The notes: a model not told the origin generated them from the sequence alone. 63,659 nt of DNA, filler included, from Neolecta irregularis DAH-3 (GCA_001929475.1; 11 parts of 11 records of this genome joined end to end with filler, not necessarily neighbours in it); one strand, 5' to 3'. Positions 40,784 through 54,034 are shown, counted from the whole stretch's first letter. Program-made: numbers and translations.

Positions 40784-43384
40784 TCACTTCTTCTGCTTTT
40801 GATACTCTGCAATCATTTCCTACAAATCAGAGACCATATTCGTACAACAAACCTTTTGTATGTACTCTGGCACAGGGAAATGTTTACAATATTCCATATT
40901 AAACTCTCCTTTTCCCTGCGTTGACGCTCGTAATAACGTCGAATACCTACAGTTACACGCAAATCACAAATAAAACATACCCAAACATACTGTTCAAACT
41001 CACCTGAGCCTGAATCGTAAATTCTTCCGCAGAAAGTTCTGTATCCTGGATCGTAGCATTGCGCTTGTTCAACCCTCCTACAACATTCCCTTGGAATTCA
41101 ATCGGCGCTGTAACACACACATTCATAATGGGCTCAAGAATTATCGGATTTGCCTTTTGGTAAGCCTCCCGGAAAGCATAGTATGCCGCGAGTCGGAATG
41201 CCAAATCACTAGAGTCCACAGCGTGTGATGCCCCATCCTCAAGAACAAACCGACACCCGTTGATTGGACTTCCAACTAGAAAACCTTTCTCCAATCCATC
41301 CTCAAAGCCCTATAAATAAGCATCACTCCCATACATCACTCGCACCTTTTCACAAGCAGTAATAAAGTTGGTAGGAATGTTACCTCCAGTAACGCGGTTT
41401 ACAAACTCGGTATCGTATTTCCGTCCCTGTTCGTCCTCCGTCATCTGCAGGGGTTCAATATACCCTTCAACCCTGCCATATTGACCAGCTCCCCCACTCT
41501 GTTTCTTGTGAATGTAGTCGAAAGGTGCTACACTGGAGATCGTCTCTCGATACGCCACTTGAGGTTGGCCTGTAATGCAATCGACGTTGTATTCTCGCCG
41601 CATACGCTCAACATAGATCTCCAAATGTAACTCTCCCATCCCGGAAATTATAGTCTCTTTACTTTCAGCATCGACATGCACACGAAACGTCGGATCTTCC
41701 CGCTGAAACCTGTTCATTGCTTTCGAAAAATTTGGAGAATCCTTGACCTTTGGTTTAATAGAAAGCGAAATAACTGGTTCCGGAACAAACATGGAAGTCT
41801 ACGAATCAGCAATCGCACAATAAAACTATAAACCATTGTGTACGAAACCTGACCATCGGTGAACGTATCACCGCTGGAACAATCGATTCCAAACATGGCG
41901 CAAATTTCTCCAGGTCCAATTTCATCAACGTCTTCCATTTCATTCGAATGCATTCGGACCAACCTCGGAACTTTGACTTTTTTTCCAGTTTTAACATTGA
42001 TAACTTGACCGCCCTTCTTGAGCATGCCTTGATACACTCTAACATAAGTCAACTGACCGAACCGTCCCTCCTCCAATTTAAAAGCAAGTCCCACAAACGG
42101 CTGTTCAGTATACGGCACTAGTTTGACAGGAGCCTCCCCCTTCTTTTGATCCAGAGCAGTATTTTCAATTTGAGATGGATTCGGCAAGAAATCGCAGACA
42201 CCGTCAAGAGCAGGCTGGACACCAGTATCAGCAAGCGCAGAACCCATGAACACAGGAGTAAACTTTCGCGAAAGAGTGGCCCGCCGAATGGAGCTGTATA
42301 ATTGTTCTGCCGTAGGTATCTTCTCTTCTAAAAATATCTCGGCAATCTCGTCGTCGACGTCCGCTAGAGTTTCTATTAATACACGCCGTTTCTCTTCAAC
42401 TAGATCTTTTAAATCTAGAGGAATCTCGTCTTTCTCAACCACGATTTCACTATCAGTTAACAAGAATAATTCCCAATACGTACCCCCTTTTACCTTCATT
42501 GTAAATTGCCTTCATACGAATGAGATCTACAACTCCCTTGAAATTATCTTCGCTACCAATAGGAACATGCACGGCAGCCGCCGCAATTCGCAGTTTATGA
42601 TTAATCTGTTTAATCACGCGCCATGGATTAGCACCCATTCGATCCATCTTATTGATAAACGAAATCCGGGGAACATTGTAGCGTCTCATTTGTCTGTCTA
42701 CCGTGATTGTTTGGCTCTTGCCTTGTTAGTATTAAATATTAAACTAGTCGTGCTTGAACGCCGGAAACTGCGCAGAGTACCAAGACTGCTCCATCGAGTA
42801 CTCGTAAAGCTCTTTCTACTTCAATCGTGAAATCAATATGGCCTAGAATAAGCCGTGCAAGGGCACATTTAAAGGATACCAGGTGTATCAATGATATTTA
42901 TATGATAATTTTCGTTCTTTCCTGTTGTGCGATCTTTCTTGAACCAATCGCAAAAAGTGGCAGCGCTTTGAATAGTAATACCCTTTTCCTTTTCAAGACT
43001 CTATAACAGCTGAGAACTGGCCGCATGGCAGGATGGTACCATAGAATCCATCATCGCGCCAACATTATCTTTTCCACGTACCTCGTGAATTTCTTTGATT
43101 CTGCCTGTATAGAAAAGAACACGTTCCGTGAATGTCGTTTTCCCTGAATCTATATGTGCGGATATCCCGATATTGCGTTTTGTCCGTAATCTCTCGGCAT
43201 CTATTGCAGACATATTCTCGAGAATAGTCTCGTTTGATAAATTTTCGACTGATTCGGCTGCTTGTCGAGCGACGGCTGCGATAGAGGCGAATCGTTGTTG
43301 AACAATCTGATGTTTAGACCAATTCCGCGATACATAGATCCTGGAATACGAGATCCTTTTTAGGCTAATTCGAATTGCCTCCAT
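40784..43384 (-). CDS. MEF1: Mitochondrial elongation factor G1
   Basis: [65 protein letters not shown]-terminal presequence-like region. Confidence 0.97.
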
Positions 43385-43571
43385 CTCAGGCAAAACCGTA
43401 GTTGCCCTGTCTTTCGAGACAAGGTGGAGGTCTGATCAAAATTCAGAAATCTTTTTTGATCGGTTGGTTCCGGATATTCCCGAACTTGAACCCTCATATA
43501 CAGTCTATCAACTAGTACCATATTTATCAGACTTAAACCATGTTTATTAGTTCATCTATTCAATTTAAAAT

Positions 43572-45270
43572 CTAACAACACATGCCACACATTGCTTCCG
43601 CGAGATCTACATCTGGAGTACCTTGTCGACTAGGCTGCGCACCACCTCCGTGTAAAGCAGAAACAAGTCTAAAGCATCAGTATAACCAATAACAACAGTA
43701 CCGTTTCAGTCCCAGTCGAAGCAAGTCTTCACTAACTGTAAAGGTCAAGCGAAACCACCCGTTCTCTTCTGTACCAAAAGCGTCTCCAGTCGCGAGATAG
43801 ACTCCACAATTCAGCATTTGGGTTGTCAACTGTTGTTCCTTTCCCAATGCAGTTAACTCTCCTTTTGGCAAAAAGGATGTAAGGCTAGGATTAGTTGCTA
43901 GAATTCCAACAGATGTATACTTGAGCCATATGAAATGACCTGCATACGAAGGATAATATGGAATACAGTTTTCGTTCAAAATTGATGTACAGATGGCATA
44001 TTGTTTTTCCATCCGCGTTATATTCTCATTCAGAAACTTGTCCAAAAAGTCGCGGTCCTGCAACAGCGAGGCCCAAATCCTCTCTGCGGCCGAGCTAGGC
44101 CAGCCAAACATAGATACTACAGCCATGGCATCATGCAGTTTCTGATTGTGCTGCGAGATTAAAACGCCCAGTCGTAATCCATTGGCGCAGAAGTCTTTGG
44201 ACATGCCGTGGAGACAATGTATTAAATGCGGGTCGATAATGTCTATCGTGTCGATTGAGAGTACAGAAACAAACGGAACAGCATCTGGAATCTCTGGATT
44301 CTTGAAAACGGAGAGGGCGTAAATTTCATCGCTAAATTGAGTACATTGCCCCCACAAAAGAAGCAAACCTGATTAAATGTAATCGATACTTCTGACAGAG
44401 TCTCATGAATTCGATAATCGCTTCCTTGGAATAACATCGTCCGAGAGGATTATGAGGATTGCACAAAATTAATCCTCGAACTTGAATCCCTTTCTCACGT
44501 GCTTCCAACAGGGCAGTTTCGTACCTGGATACACAATCAGGCGAAAACGGATCTGTGCCCGCCAAACTCACGCAAATCGGCTTGACTCTAAAGATTAGTT
44601 GATATTAAAGACACACAAGCTTTGCTCGGTTTGCTAGATCAGGAGCGAAACCTCCATATAAAGGTCGTCCAATAAGAATCCCTTCGCTTTCTTCGCAAAT
44701 ACAAAAAGATAAATGATCAATTAGAGCCCCACACCCCGCTTGCACCGTTAAGTGTTTTGGCAACACATTCTTCAAGGTTCCAAATCGCTCGTCATAAAAG
44801 GAACATAGTTCCTTCTTCATAAAAGTGCTGCCTATTTCTAGTCAGTGTATTTCAAGAGTCTTTACAGGTACCAGCAGGCCCATCACCATAGGTAAAATCT
44901 AGATTGAGCGATCAGCATTTGTCTCTATTCGAAATGGTATTCACTTCTCTGGACTAGTTTACACTAAAACTTGAGCAGGGTAGCACAAATATATTCTTCA
45001 TACCTTTTCATTTACAAATTCTTCCAGTTCTGTGTGCCTGGACCTTTTAGCAATTGTAGTTGCAGTCACATTTGTACATCAAATAATTTTCTGCGACGCC
45101 AATCGACACACTGTTGATGGGCATATGAAGCTAAATCCAGATATATACATTCCATTTGGATTTTTCTCAGCATCATATTGGTTTCCCATGACACGGGCCA
45201 TTGCTCTCCACATCGGAGATGCAGTGAGATTCTGGAGTGATCTCCTAGAGACTTCGCCGTCGTTGAGCAT
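43572..45270 (-). CDS. PLP-dependent class I/II aminotransferase, ACC-synthase-like
   Basis: NPNG..SIGVAENYL, TYGDGP, PLYGGF, LCNPHNPLGRCY, SDEIYALSVF, GMSKDFCANGLRLG, GWFRLTF. Confidence 0.85.
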
Positions 45271-45440
45271 TCTAAATAATTATTGGTATGTGAAGCAAAT
45301 GGTACAATACATTTATTGTATATATGACAGAGTGGGGCAGGGGAGACAAGGTCAAGAAGACCCAGTAGGCGGAAGGATTAAAATTTAGATCCTTGGCTTA
45401 TCAGGTGACTGTCTGCCTGCAAACCGTGCTGCGGGGTTTG

Positions 45441-45532
45441 GGCTGCGTTCGCCAGCCACAAGAAAAAATATCTCCATTTTCTAAAACAGGGAATATCGTA
45501 CTTGTTGGTGGAAATTAACATTTTGAGAACTT
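45441..45532 (+). mobile_element. Tourist/PIF-like MITE left end
   Basis: Starts GGCTGCGTTCGCCAGCCAC. Matches 22157-22238 (reverse strand) and 39547. Confidence 0.6.
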
Positions 45533-46088
45533 NNNNNNNNNNNNNNNNNNNNNNNNNNNNNNNNNNNNNNNNNNNNTTAATTAATTAANNNNNNNNNNNN
45601 NNNNNNNNNNNNNNNNNNNNNNNNNNNNNNNNATGACAACGACAATATGAGTAGTGAACATATTGCTGAAAGTCTATCTGCTTCAAATTCCGCAGAAAAT
45701 TATTACCAGCACAAGGACGATCACGATCAAATTCATTCAAAAAATGTGGCCAAGAAAGAAGAAGTTATCGTTGGAAACATCGTTGTCCCACAATCCAAGA
45801 AGCCTTCAAATACCGNNNNNNNNNNCGCGAGATTTACTGACGCGTAGATGGTTGTAATGCTTTTCAGTTGTCAAGGGATTTTCTTCTGTCACGGGTGTAC
45901 AATCTTGAGGAACCAGATTTGTGGTTCACTCGCTCGCACTGCTTGCTACTTTCCAAAATACCCGGATATTTCACAACTGATGATCTAAAATTCGACAAAC
46001 GTAACTATTGGCGTTTTTCGTACTTTGGACAATTCTCGTATGTGTACCTATAATACTTGAAAACTCAAATTAAAGGCGTGGAGCAAAA

Positions 46089-47513
46089 TTGTACCCAACT
46101 AAGGATCTGTCTGAATCGTCCTCAACCAGAGATCTGCCTGAAGTGCCCTCAACCATACATTTTCCCGCTTTCCACTCTCTAGAATCCCGAGCCAAATCTT
46201 TCATTTCCGAACATGTTGGTCTCAGTTCTGGTGATTCGGATATATTATTGGATGACAAGGATGGCCCAGTAATCATCACGTCTAAAACGGAACCTTTAAC
46301 ACCGCCTGAAACAAAACCGGTGACACAGAATAAAAATTTCGATAATCGTAAAAAAGGGCCCTCTGTTAAACGTCCTGTGAAGGGTTCAGGAAAAAGTTCC
46401 TCCTCGTCGATTGCAAATTCTCCAATGAATAATGTCGAAATAGAAGAGCAAAAAGTGTCTCTAACCCTAACCCTAAGTATGAGTGGCAACAACGGTAACA
46501 ATCTCCAGTCGAGTGGAATACTTAGCCCCCCGAAATATCCAAAGAATTCCAATCTGAAGGGTGGTTCTAATGAAAAGGAATTAACGAATCCGCTCGCCAA
46601 AGTCGTCACTCATGTTAAAGTCGACCCACCCTCAAAATCTCGGACAAATGACAACGACAATATGAGTAGTGAACATATTGCTGAAAGTCTATCTGCTTCA
46701 AATTCCGCAGAAAGTTATTACCAGCACAAGGACGATCACGATCAAATTCATTCAAAAAGTGTGCCCAAGAAAGAAGAAGTTATCGTTGGAAACATCGTTG
46801 TCCCACAATCCAAGAAGCCTTCAAATACCGATACTTCAGGCGTATCCAGAAATAACGAGAAACAATCTGACACCTCTTCCCTGCCTGGGTATATGTCAAC
46901 GGCTCAAATAATTACACACAAATCGAGCAAAAATGATAAAGGTGGAGTTCAAGAATCTACACACAAATTGACTTCTTTAGTGTCGTCAAAGCTAAAATCG
47001 CAAAGCTCTTTGATGTCATCCAGTCAAACATCCACGGAAGCAAATATCAATACGGTCAATACGGCCCATGATCACTTGGATCAAAGAAATAATGTCGAGA
47101 GACCAGGCAATTCGTTGGTTGAGCCCGCTTCTGTTTCCATGCCGAAGATGCCGAAGAGTAATGGTCGCGGGAAACACAAAACACTCCAAAAGCAAAAGAA
47201 TACTGAAAAATTGAAAAAAGACAAGGACGATTATGAGTTTTTAGAATCTTATGGCAAAAAGTCAATGCAAGAACAGGTGGCTATTAGAAACTCGAGGAAG
47301 ACAATGGAAAGCTCTTTGTCATTCTTCGACCAGACATCTCCGGAAGCGAATGTCAAGACGCTATATGGAAAGAAAGAACTGAAGGATATTATAGACCCGA
47401 TGGACCTACCCAAGATCAAAATCCCGAAAGCATCATCTATTCCACAGGAATATAGAAACCTGTATTTAACGTTATCAAACCCTCGAGCTGAAATTCCTGG
47501 AGAGATATTCGAT
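46089..47513 (+). CDS. Ser/Lys/Asn-rich low-complexity hypothetical protein (partial)
   Basis: >470-codon open frame running into the gap. 46648-46830 is duplicated at 45633-45815. Confidence 0.5.
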
Positions 47514-47613
47514 NNNNNNNNNNNNNNNNNNNNNNNNNNNNNNNNNNNNNNNNNNNNTTAATTAATTAANNNNNNNNNNNNNNNNNNNNNNNNNNNNNNN
47601 NNNNNNNNNNNNN

Positions 47614-47794
47614 CCCTCCCGCCTTCTTTCCCCTCCCGCCTTCTTTCCCCTCCCGCCTTCTTTCCCCTCCCGCCTTCTTCCCCCTGCGACCTCCCTCACC
47701 CCTCCCGCCTGCCTGACTCCCTCGCTCCTGCAAACGTCAAAAAGCCCGTTTCGGCCCATGGGCTTAAGGCTAAGCCCGCGCATTGCCAACATTG
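47614..47794 (-). mobile_element. hAT-like end with 18-bp C-rich tandem repeats
   Basis: (cctcccgccttctttccc) x~4. The minus strand begins CAATGTTGGCAA, similar to the CAGTGTT ends at 16730 and 35885. Confidence 0.45.
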
Positions 47795-48025
47795 TTTCTC
47801 AGATAAAAAATATTAATTGACTTATTAATGAAAAGACAAATTATTAATTCTGACAACTGGTTTAATTCTGCCAACGGTCTTGACATGAGAGCTAGTTCAG
47901 CTCGTTGGAATCTTCAGGTCTGCGCAATAGTCAGATAAAAACACTTGTTTGTTTGTACTAATTGATATACATTCAAGTAATGTAACTACAGGTTCACAGA
48001 GAGTCTAAAATATCATTCGCTGTAT

Positions 48026-49018
48026 TCAGACTTGGATTTCGCCAGTTGTAGAAAAAGAGTCGAAATAAGCTTTCTTCAAAGCGCTTGTTTCAGCTAGTGG
48101 GCTGATTACATCTCTAATTATACCCCAGTCCACCTTCCTTCTCTAGAATCAGTTAATATTGTTTGAATAAATAGCTCATACAATAAAATTCATAATATTC
48201 TCCCGATCGTATTCTGTGATTACAATTTCATTACCAAGTTCAAGTGCGTTTGTCGAGTTTTGTACGCAAATAGAATGGTTGGTACTTGGACTGGCCTTGT
48301 ATCTTTCCTCCAACTACAATGTCAGGCACAGAAACGAATCTTGGATCACTACCTGACTTTCATCAAAACATCGTTCAGCAGAAATAATCTGCTTATGCTG
48401 TTCTGGACTAGGTATCAACTCTATGTTCATATTCTAGCAGTAAGAATCTGTCCGGGTTTATAAGTCAAACCTGGGTGTTTTCTCTCTTTTCGAAATAAGG
48501 TATTTCTTCATCATTTTCGAAACACTGCTTCAATTTTTGAAAACGCTTTGCCAATGCTGCAGGGGAACGCTTTGGAAAATATTCCTTGGAAATTTTCTCA
48601 AACGACTCGTTGTTTTCCTAAATTTGATTTCAGCTTGAAAGGTTTCATACTCGGCGTTCAAACAGCAACATGTCTTCCTCTTGAGTATATCTGCGATAAG
48701 GCGATATTCCTACTTGTGAGATTCACAAAAGGCTGTTTACCTTTTGGAACCTTTGGTTTGGGCGCTTGATTCATGATTTTTGGAGTTTCGACTTCTCGCT
48801 CTAAGGCTTTGATTTTGCGGATGAAATCCCGATGAGAATAATCCACAGGCTTGTTCTGGGTCTAATTTATAAGTATTGTAATTATTTCAAGACAATACGC
48901 GCAAATTCCGAGATGAAATTATAGCAACAGTTTGTCCTTTATTAGTCATTGGACCAACACCAGTATTTAATCCAAATATTCCTGCTGGTCGGCCTCGCTT
49001 TCTTTTCATAGTTGACAT
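48026..49018 (-). CDS. Putative AT-hook + Myb/SANT-like DNA-binding protein
   Basis: MSTMKRKRGRPAG; spliced RRYTQEEDMLLFERR|ENNESFEKISKEYFPKRSPAALAKRFQKL; last exon KKVDWGIIRDVISP...LKKAYF. Internal exon structure partly uncertain. Confidence 0.55.
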
Positions 49019-50203
49019 TGATTCTCTCCATTGTGCGTTAGAATCTATTTCATTTCATTTGGTCTTTACTCATATTTGAATAATACGTCCTTACCCCTTT
49101 GGAATTACTTCAGAGATGTAGGTATGCGCTGAAAAAGGTCCAGCTGTCTGGTTCGAGGCTATATCGAGTTCAAGAAAACAGGCTTTCTAGATTAGCATAC
49201 TCTAAAATCTACAAAGAATTGGCTGCTAGTCAGCATCGAAATACTTGCAAAAGGGCTGGTTAACAAGTTTAGAAATGGTCCGTATGGTTTGAAGTAATTA
49301 GACTGAAGTAATTAGGAAAATAAAAAATTCAATAACTCTGATATGTGATTAGCAGCAGCAGATAGAGTGGAGTTAAGAGTATAAAGGGATATCAAGCTAT
49401 TGAGCAAAGATCTTTAGAGCGGGCGATTTAGGCTTTGATCAAGCTGTCTATCTGATGGGATTCACACAATTTTGCTAACAGTCTAGTGGTTGGGACCTGA
49501 ACCGTGAAACCATTCATAATGTTGGTCGTGACAAGTTTTTACTGCATTCTTACTCTTCACCAGCTCAGTGGGACCTATATATGGTCAAAAGACGAGAGAT
49601 CAAGTTCGAACGATATGGCCAAATTTGAAGAAGGTAGGATCACAGATGATAGAGCTCTTTTCTATTTCCCGAAATCTTGATTCAAGGAGTCCAGGATCAG
49701 CGTCTTCCTTAGGTAGATACTTTCGGAGATGTAAGTTAATAGTCACTTTATAGTTTTGTCGTTGAGAAATAAGACGGAGCACCCATTGCACCAAGAATAA
49801 TGAACATTTGGTCAGGCGCTCGGGTTGAACTTGATTGTTTAACGCTGCATTTTGGGAACGCAGAAGAAAAGGTTAGCATTCCTGAGAGATATGAGAAAGG
49901 TATCCCTTTCTTCCTGAAGAGCATTTCTCCGATAACTCTCCAAGTATGCAGTCATATAAGTGAAGCGAATCCCTGGATTTTCATGAGAAATATGGGCATT
50001 CCTGTAAAATATTGGCATAGAACGTTGTAAAAGTGAGCTGATTGGACAGAGTCTCCAGTTGAGATCAAAAATAAAAAATCATCCCATTACAAATGAGGAA
50101 TCGTGGTGGAAACGGATAATGGAGAATCGGAGACTGAAGGAGTAGAAAATATAGACATATCAATGAACGTCTTATTCGAAACATCTTGAACACCGAACCT
50201 GAC

Positions 50204-50788
50204 CTATTTCTTCTGTGCGGCTTGCTGTTTCATGACCTTCTTTACAATCTTTTGTTCTTCAATAAGGAAAGCTCTGATAATTCTAGAAAAGTTGATTTAT
50301 TTCTGCAAGGGGCCCATTTACCTGTTGGAAACACATTTTCCGCATCTCGATCCGCCATAAGCTCTTTGGACAGTCTTTTTAGTTTTTGAAACTTGGGAAT
50401 ATTCTCTGGGTCGAAGAGCAACGATCTATATATTGGTTAGAGTTGTTCCTAGAAAAAGAAATGAAAGAATAGAAATTTAATAAAATATTTCTTCGTGATA
50501 CAATAATGTGCTGAAATTCGTTGAATAGATTCAAAATACCGATAGAGATGGATAATTTGGATGCGATAAATACTGATAGGAAACTTACACCAGGAAGTTT
50601 GATTCCACAATCACCGCATAAAGGAGACTTTGCCTTCTTTTTGATATGCAGATATCGGAGTTTTCCACCAGGTGTCTTGATAACGCGGACCTTATTAGAT
50701 TTGGTATTATCTAATCCATTGAGTTTTACGCGCTAGGATACTAAAGCGTACAGGATAACTTTCGTCGGTATGTAAGTCTTTGGACCAT
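50204..50788 (-). CDS. RPL34: 60S ribosomal protein L34 (eL34)
   Basis: [30 protein letters not shown]...[19 protein letters not shown]...[12 protein letters not shown]..|[17 protein letters not shown]. Confidence 0.97.
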
Positions 50789-50839
50789 TTTGTTGGGGGT
50801 TGGTGTGCGGATGTGGCCTCTGTTGGTTGTCTGTTGATG

Positions 50840-50847
50840 CGTGACTG
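50840..50847 (-). promoter_or_regulatory. Homol-D box variant CAGTCACG upstream of RPL34
   Basis: About 52 bp upstream of the ATG on the coding strand. Confidence 0.6.
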
Positions 50848-51126
50848 TCAGAGATTGGACAACTAATTTGGAAATTTATGGTCTTTTTTGACATTCTCTA
50901 ACCTGAACGGTGACCTTCCGATTCGACATGTTTCGCTGAATAACGAGCGATTCGGTAATAGTTTTTTTTACTGTCCACTTCCAACCTATTTGTTGCGAAT
51001 CGTGCCGTCGTTACTATCTTCTCTTGACTGCAAAGAATTATGGCCCCAAGACAAAATTGAATTATACTATCAGCCCAACATTCTCATTTAAATGCCTTGG
51101 AGAATTCAATTAACTGCTGATTTTAT

Positions 51127-51194
51127 TTAGGCTGCGTTTGGCGCGCGCTAAATTTCGTAAAATGTGGCTTGTAACAAATTGTAATTTTAGGCTC
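51127..51194 (+). mobile_element. Tourist/PIF-like MITE left end
   Basis: TTA+GGCTGCGTTTGGCGCGCGC. Related to 11546-11683. Confidence 0.55.
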
Positions 51195-51294
51195 NNNNNN
51201 NNNNNNNNNNNNNNNNNNNNNNNNNNNNNNNNNNNNNNTTAATTAATTAANNNNNNNNNNNNNNNNNNNNNNNNNNNNNNNNNNNNNNNNNNNN

Positions 51295-53029
51295 AATGGG
51301 AGATTTGAGACACAGCAAAAGGCAACAGCACGCGCAAAACTCGCCTCCAAAATCGCATAGTATACAAATACATATCCGCCTGCCAAAAGCCCTTCAGTAG
51401 GAATTTAGCAGTAGTCTGGAGATATCTTTAGCAGGAGAAGCTGCAGGGCGATGTATCTGTGGTCCCGAATCCACCTTCAGTGGCTAGTCTCGTCTTTGAC
51501 TTTTGGCGCCTGTTCACACAGCCGGATCAGCCCAGGCTCATACTTAATCACCGTCTCAGCCAGGTTTTCCAGGTTCTCCCGCATCCCAGAAACCTCCTCT
51601 CGCATTTTCCCCAAGTCATGAGCACCCCGCAGCCGTCTGTCAAAATCCCCAAAAGGCCCAACCAATGTTTTCAGATCCGAGCTCGTTTGCAGTCCACCCG
51701 GAGGAGCAGCTGTCTTTTGTTCAATATCGTGTCGAATCTGAGCTTCAAGATGCATCATGTCATGTTTATGGCGCTCAGGTAGTCCTGTAATGCCAATATT
51801 CAACGCTTCGATCCGCTGGACTATCTCTTGAATCGCAGACCGAACATTCACAAATGGCGGCGGCACTTGAGTCGCCTTCGCCATATCCACTCGCATCGCC
51901 TTTTGCACATCGTCAATATAACTGTCCAGCTCCGTGTCACGGCTCTCAATCCATAGTTTTAAGCGATTTAGGTCATGCGTTAGTGCGGACACTTGATCGC
52001 TTGTTCCAGAGGTGTTTTGCAACGATACAAACAGCTCTTCCAACGACGTTGACATCGTCTTGATTTGACTGGCTAGACTAGTCTCTGGCGCATGCAGACG
52101 CCCGTTGAGATCGTTTAGCAGTTGTTGAGTTTTTCGCAGCGTGTATAATATTGTTTCTCGGCCCTCCGGCCGTTCACCAGGAGGCAGGGTCCCGATTTCT
52201 GTGTGATAGGCTGTCGTTGTGTCTTGCAACTCAGTTATAGCACTGGCTTGCTCATCAATGATTGGCGTGAGTGAATTGATGGTGTATGAGATCTACAAGT
52301 TAGTCAATCAAATAGAGAGTAGCACGCCTTTGATATCTCTTCTTTTAGTTCAGCCAGTTCCCGAGGTGCAACAACGTCCATCTGCGTAGGAATCTGGATT
52401 TGTCGTTCAACCTCTTGAATTCGTTGACTTAGTTTTGACTGTTCTCTTTCAATATTTTGAAGCCTGCTCTGATCATGACTATGACCGTCCACCAAGTTTC
52501 TCAAGATGTCTGTCCGCGTATATAGCAAAGAAGAATCATTCCTGAGCATTTTCACCTCTTCGTTGATATGAGAGATATCTTCCTTGCCCCAACCGCTAGA
52601 AACCTCCTCCTTCAACATCCTTCTAAATTCATCTCTCATAGAATTCCTAATCTCGTTTGCAAAGCTATTTAACGCGCCAGAGCATATCTCTCGACTGTCA
52701 AACCACTCCCTTTTAGTGCGATCGCATATCTCTCGTGATTTTTGAACACCATAGTCTGAAACCGCTTTCGATTTCGGATTCGCCGTAAAATATGCTTGAT
52801 CTTTGTCTTGATCCTGAGTCGTTTTGATATACCGCGTCTTTGCTTCGCGGTATTTGTAAAAATTGTAACAGGCATCTGCAAGTATGCTTTTGGTTAATAC
52901 TGTTTGCACCGAAAAGGTCTCATACTCTGCTGTTTCCCTCCAGTTCGGACCACGGGAGATCTCTGAACCACTATGGCGGTTCGGAGCGGTGGGAGCGATT
53001 CCTTGCATATTCATGGTGCTACTGCTCAT
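51295..53029 (-). CDS. Coiled-coil hypothetical protein (3' end uncertain)
   Basis: Two long exonic ORFs (52304-53029, 51477-52229) with heptad-like composition. No family recognised. Confidence 0.55.
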
Positions 53030-53282
53030 GCGTATAGCAATTTACAAGACTTAACATTCCATCATCACGTGTTGCAAGACACCAAGTACATCACAGAGTA
53101 ACCGAATTGGTGTATTTTGTCTGTTGATAAGATTTAAACAAAGNNNNNNNNNNNNNNNNNNNNNNNNNNNNNNNNNNNNNNNNNNNNTTAATTAATTAAN
53201 NNNNNNNNNNNNNNNNNNNNNNNNNNNNNNNNNNNNNNNNNNNTCCCGCTTGCCCCTGCCGCCCCGTCCCGCCCCCACACAC

Positions 53283-54034
53283 ATGGCCGATATCAGACGA
53301 AAGCTTGTCATTGTAGGCGATGGCGCCTGCGGAAAAACCTGTTTGTTGATGTGTGCTCTCCCTTAATTCTGGCCGCTGATCCCGCCCTCCAGCGTCTTCT
53401 CCAAGAGCTGCTTCCCGCACGTATCTCGCGCAGTAAATAGCCTCTCGCGCTGATCCCTCCCAGTTCTACGTCCCTACCGTTTTTGAGAACTACGTCGCCG
53501 ACGTCGAGGTTGACGGCAAACACGTCGAGCTGGCCCTATGGGATACCGCCGGCCAGGAGGACTACGACCGTCTTCGCCCGCTCTCATATCCAGACACCCA
53601 CGTCGTCCTCATCTGCTTCTCAATCGACTCGCCCGATTCTTTGGACAATGTTCTAGAGAAGGTATCCGCCCCCCGGCTCCACCCGCGCTGACCACCGACT
53701 TCCCCAGTGGATCTCAGAAGTCATGCATTTCTGTCCAAATCTGCCAATCATCCTCGTTGGGTGCAAGAAAGATCTCAGAGATGATCCAAAGACTATCGAT
53801 GAGCTTCGAAAGACCTCGCAAAGGCCAGTTACCAGAGAGGAGGTCCTTCGCTCCGGTCAATTCTACGTTTCTAACCCAATCTAGGGCGAGAGTGTTGCAA
53901 AGAAAATCGGCGCTGCAAAGTACCTTGAATGCTCTGCAAAAACCAATGAAGGTGTCCGCGAAACCTTTGAAAATGCTACACGAGCTGCTCTTAGCTTTCA
54001 AAAAAAGAAGAGCAAAAGGTGTACTGTTTTGTAA
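53283..54034 (+). CDS. RHO1: Rho1/RhoA-type small GTPase
   Basis: [23 protein letters not shown]...YVPTVFENY...[18 protein letters not shown]...ECSAKT...[10 protein letters not shown] (CaaX). Four introns. Confidence 0.93.

Noticed and set aside
34084-45270. Possible biosynthetic cluster (reductase, P450, HEM3, PLP enzyme)
   Set aside because: The genes lie on different scaffolds separated by artificial spacers, and there is no backbone synthase.
46521-46536. CTAACCCTAACCCTAA telomere-like motif
   Set aside because: Under three units, inside an open reading frame.
49100-50090. Fragmentary minus-strand reading frames
   Set aside because: Could not build a consistent gene model or recognise a family.
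50426-50590. Longer introns in RPL34 (and PUP3 15934-16037) as possible snoRNA hosts
   Set aside because: No convincing box C/D or H/ACA motifs seen.
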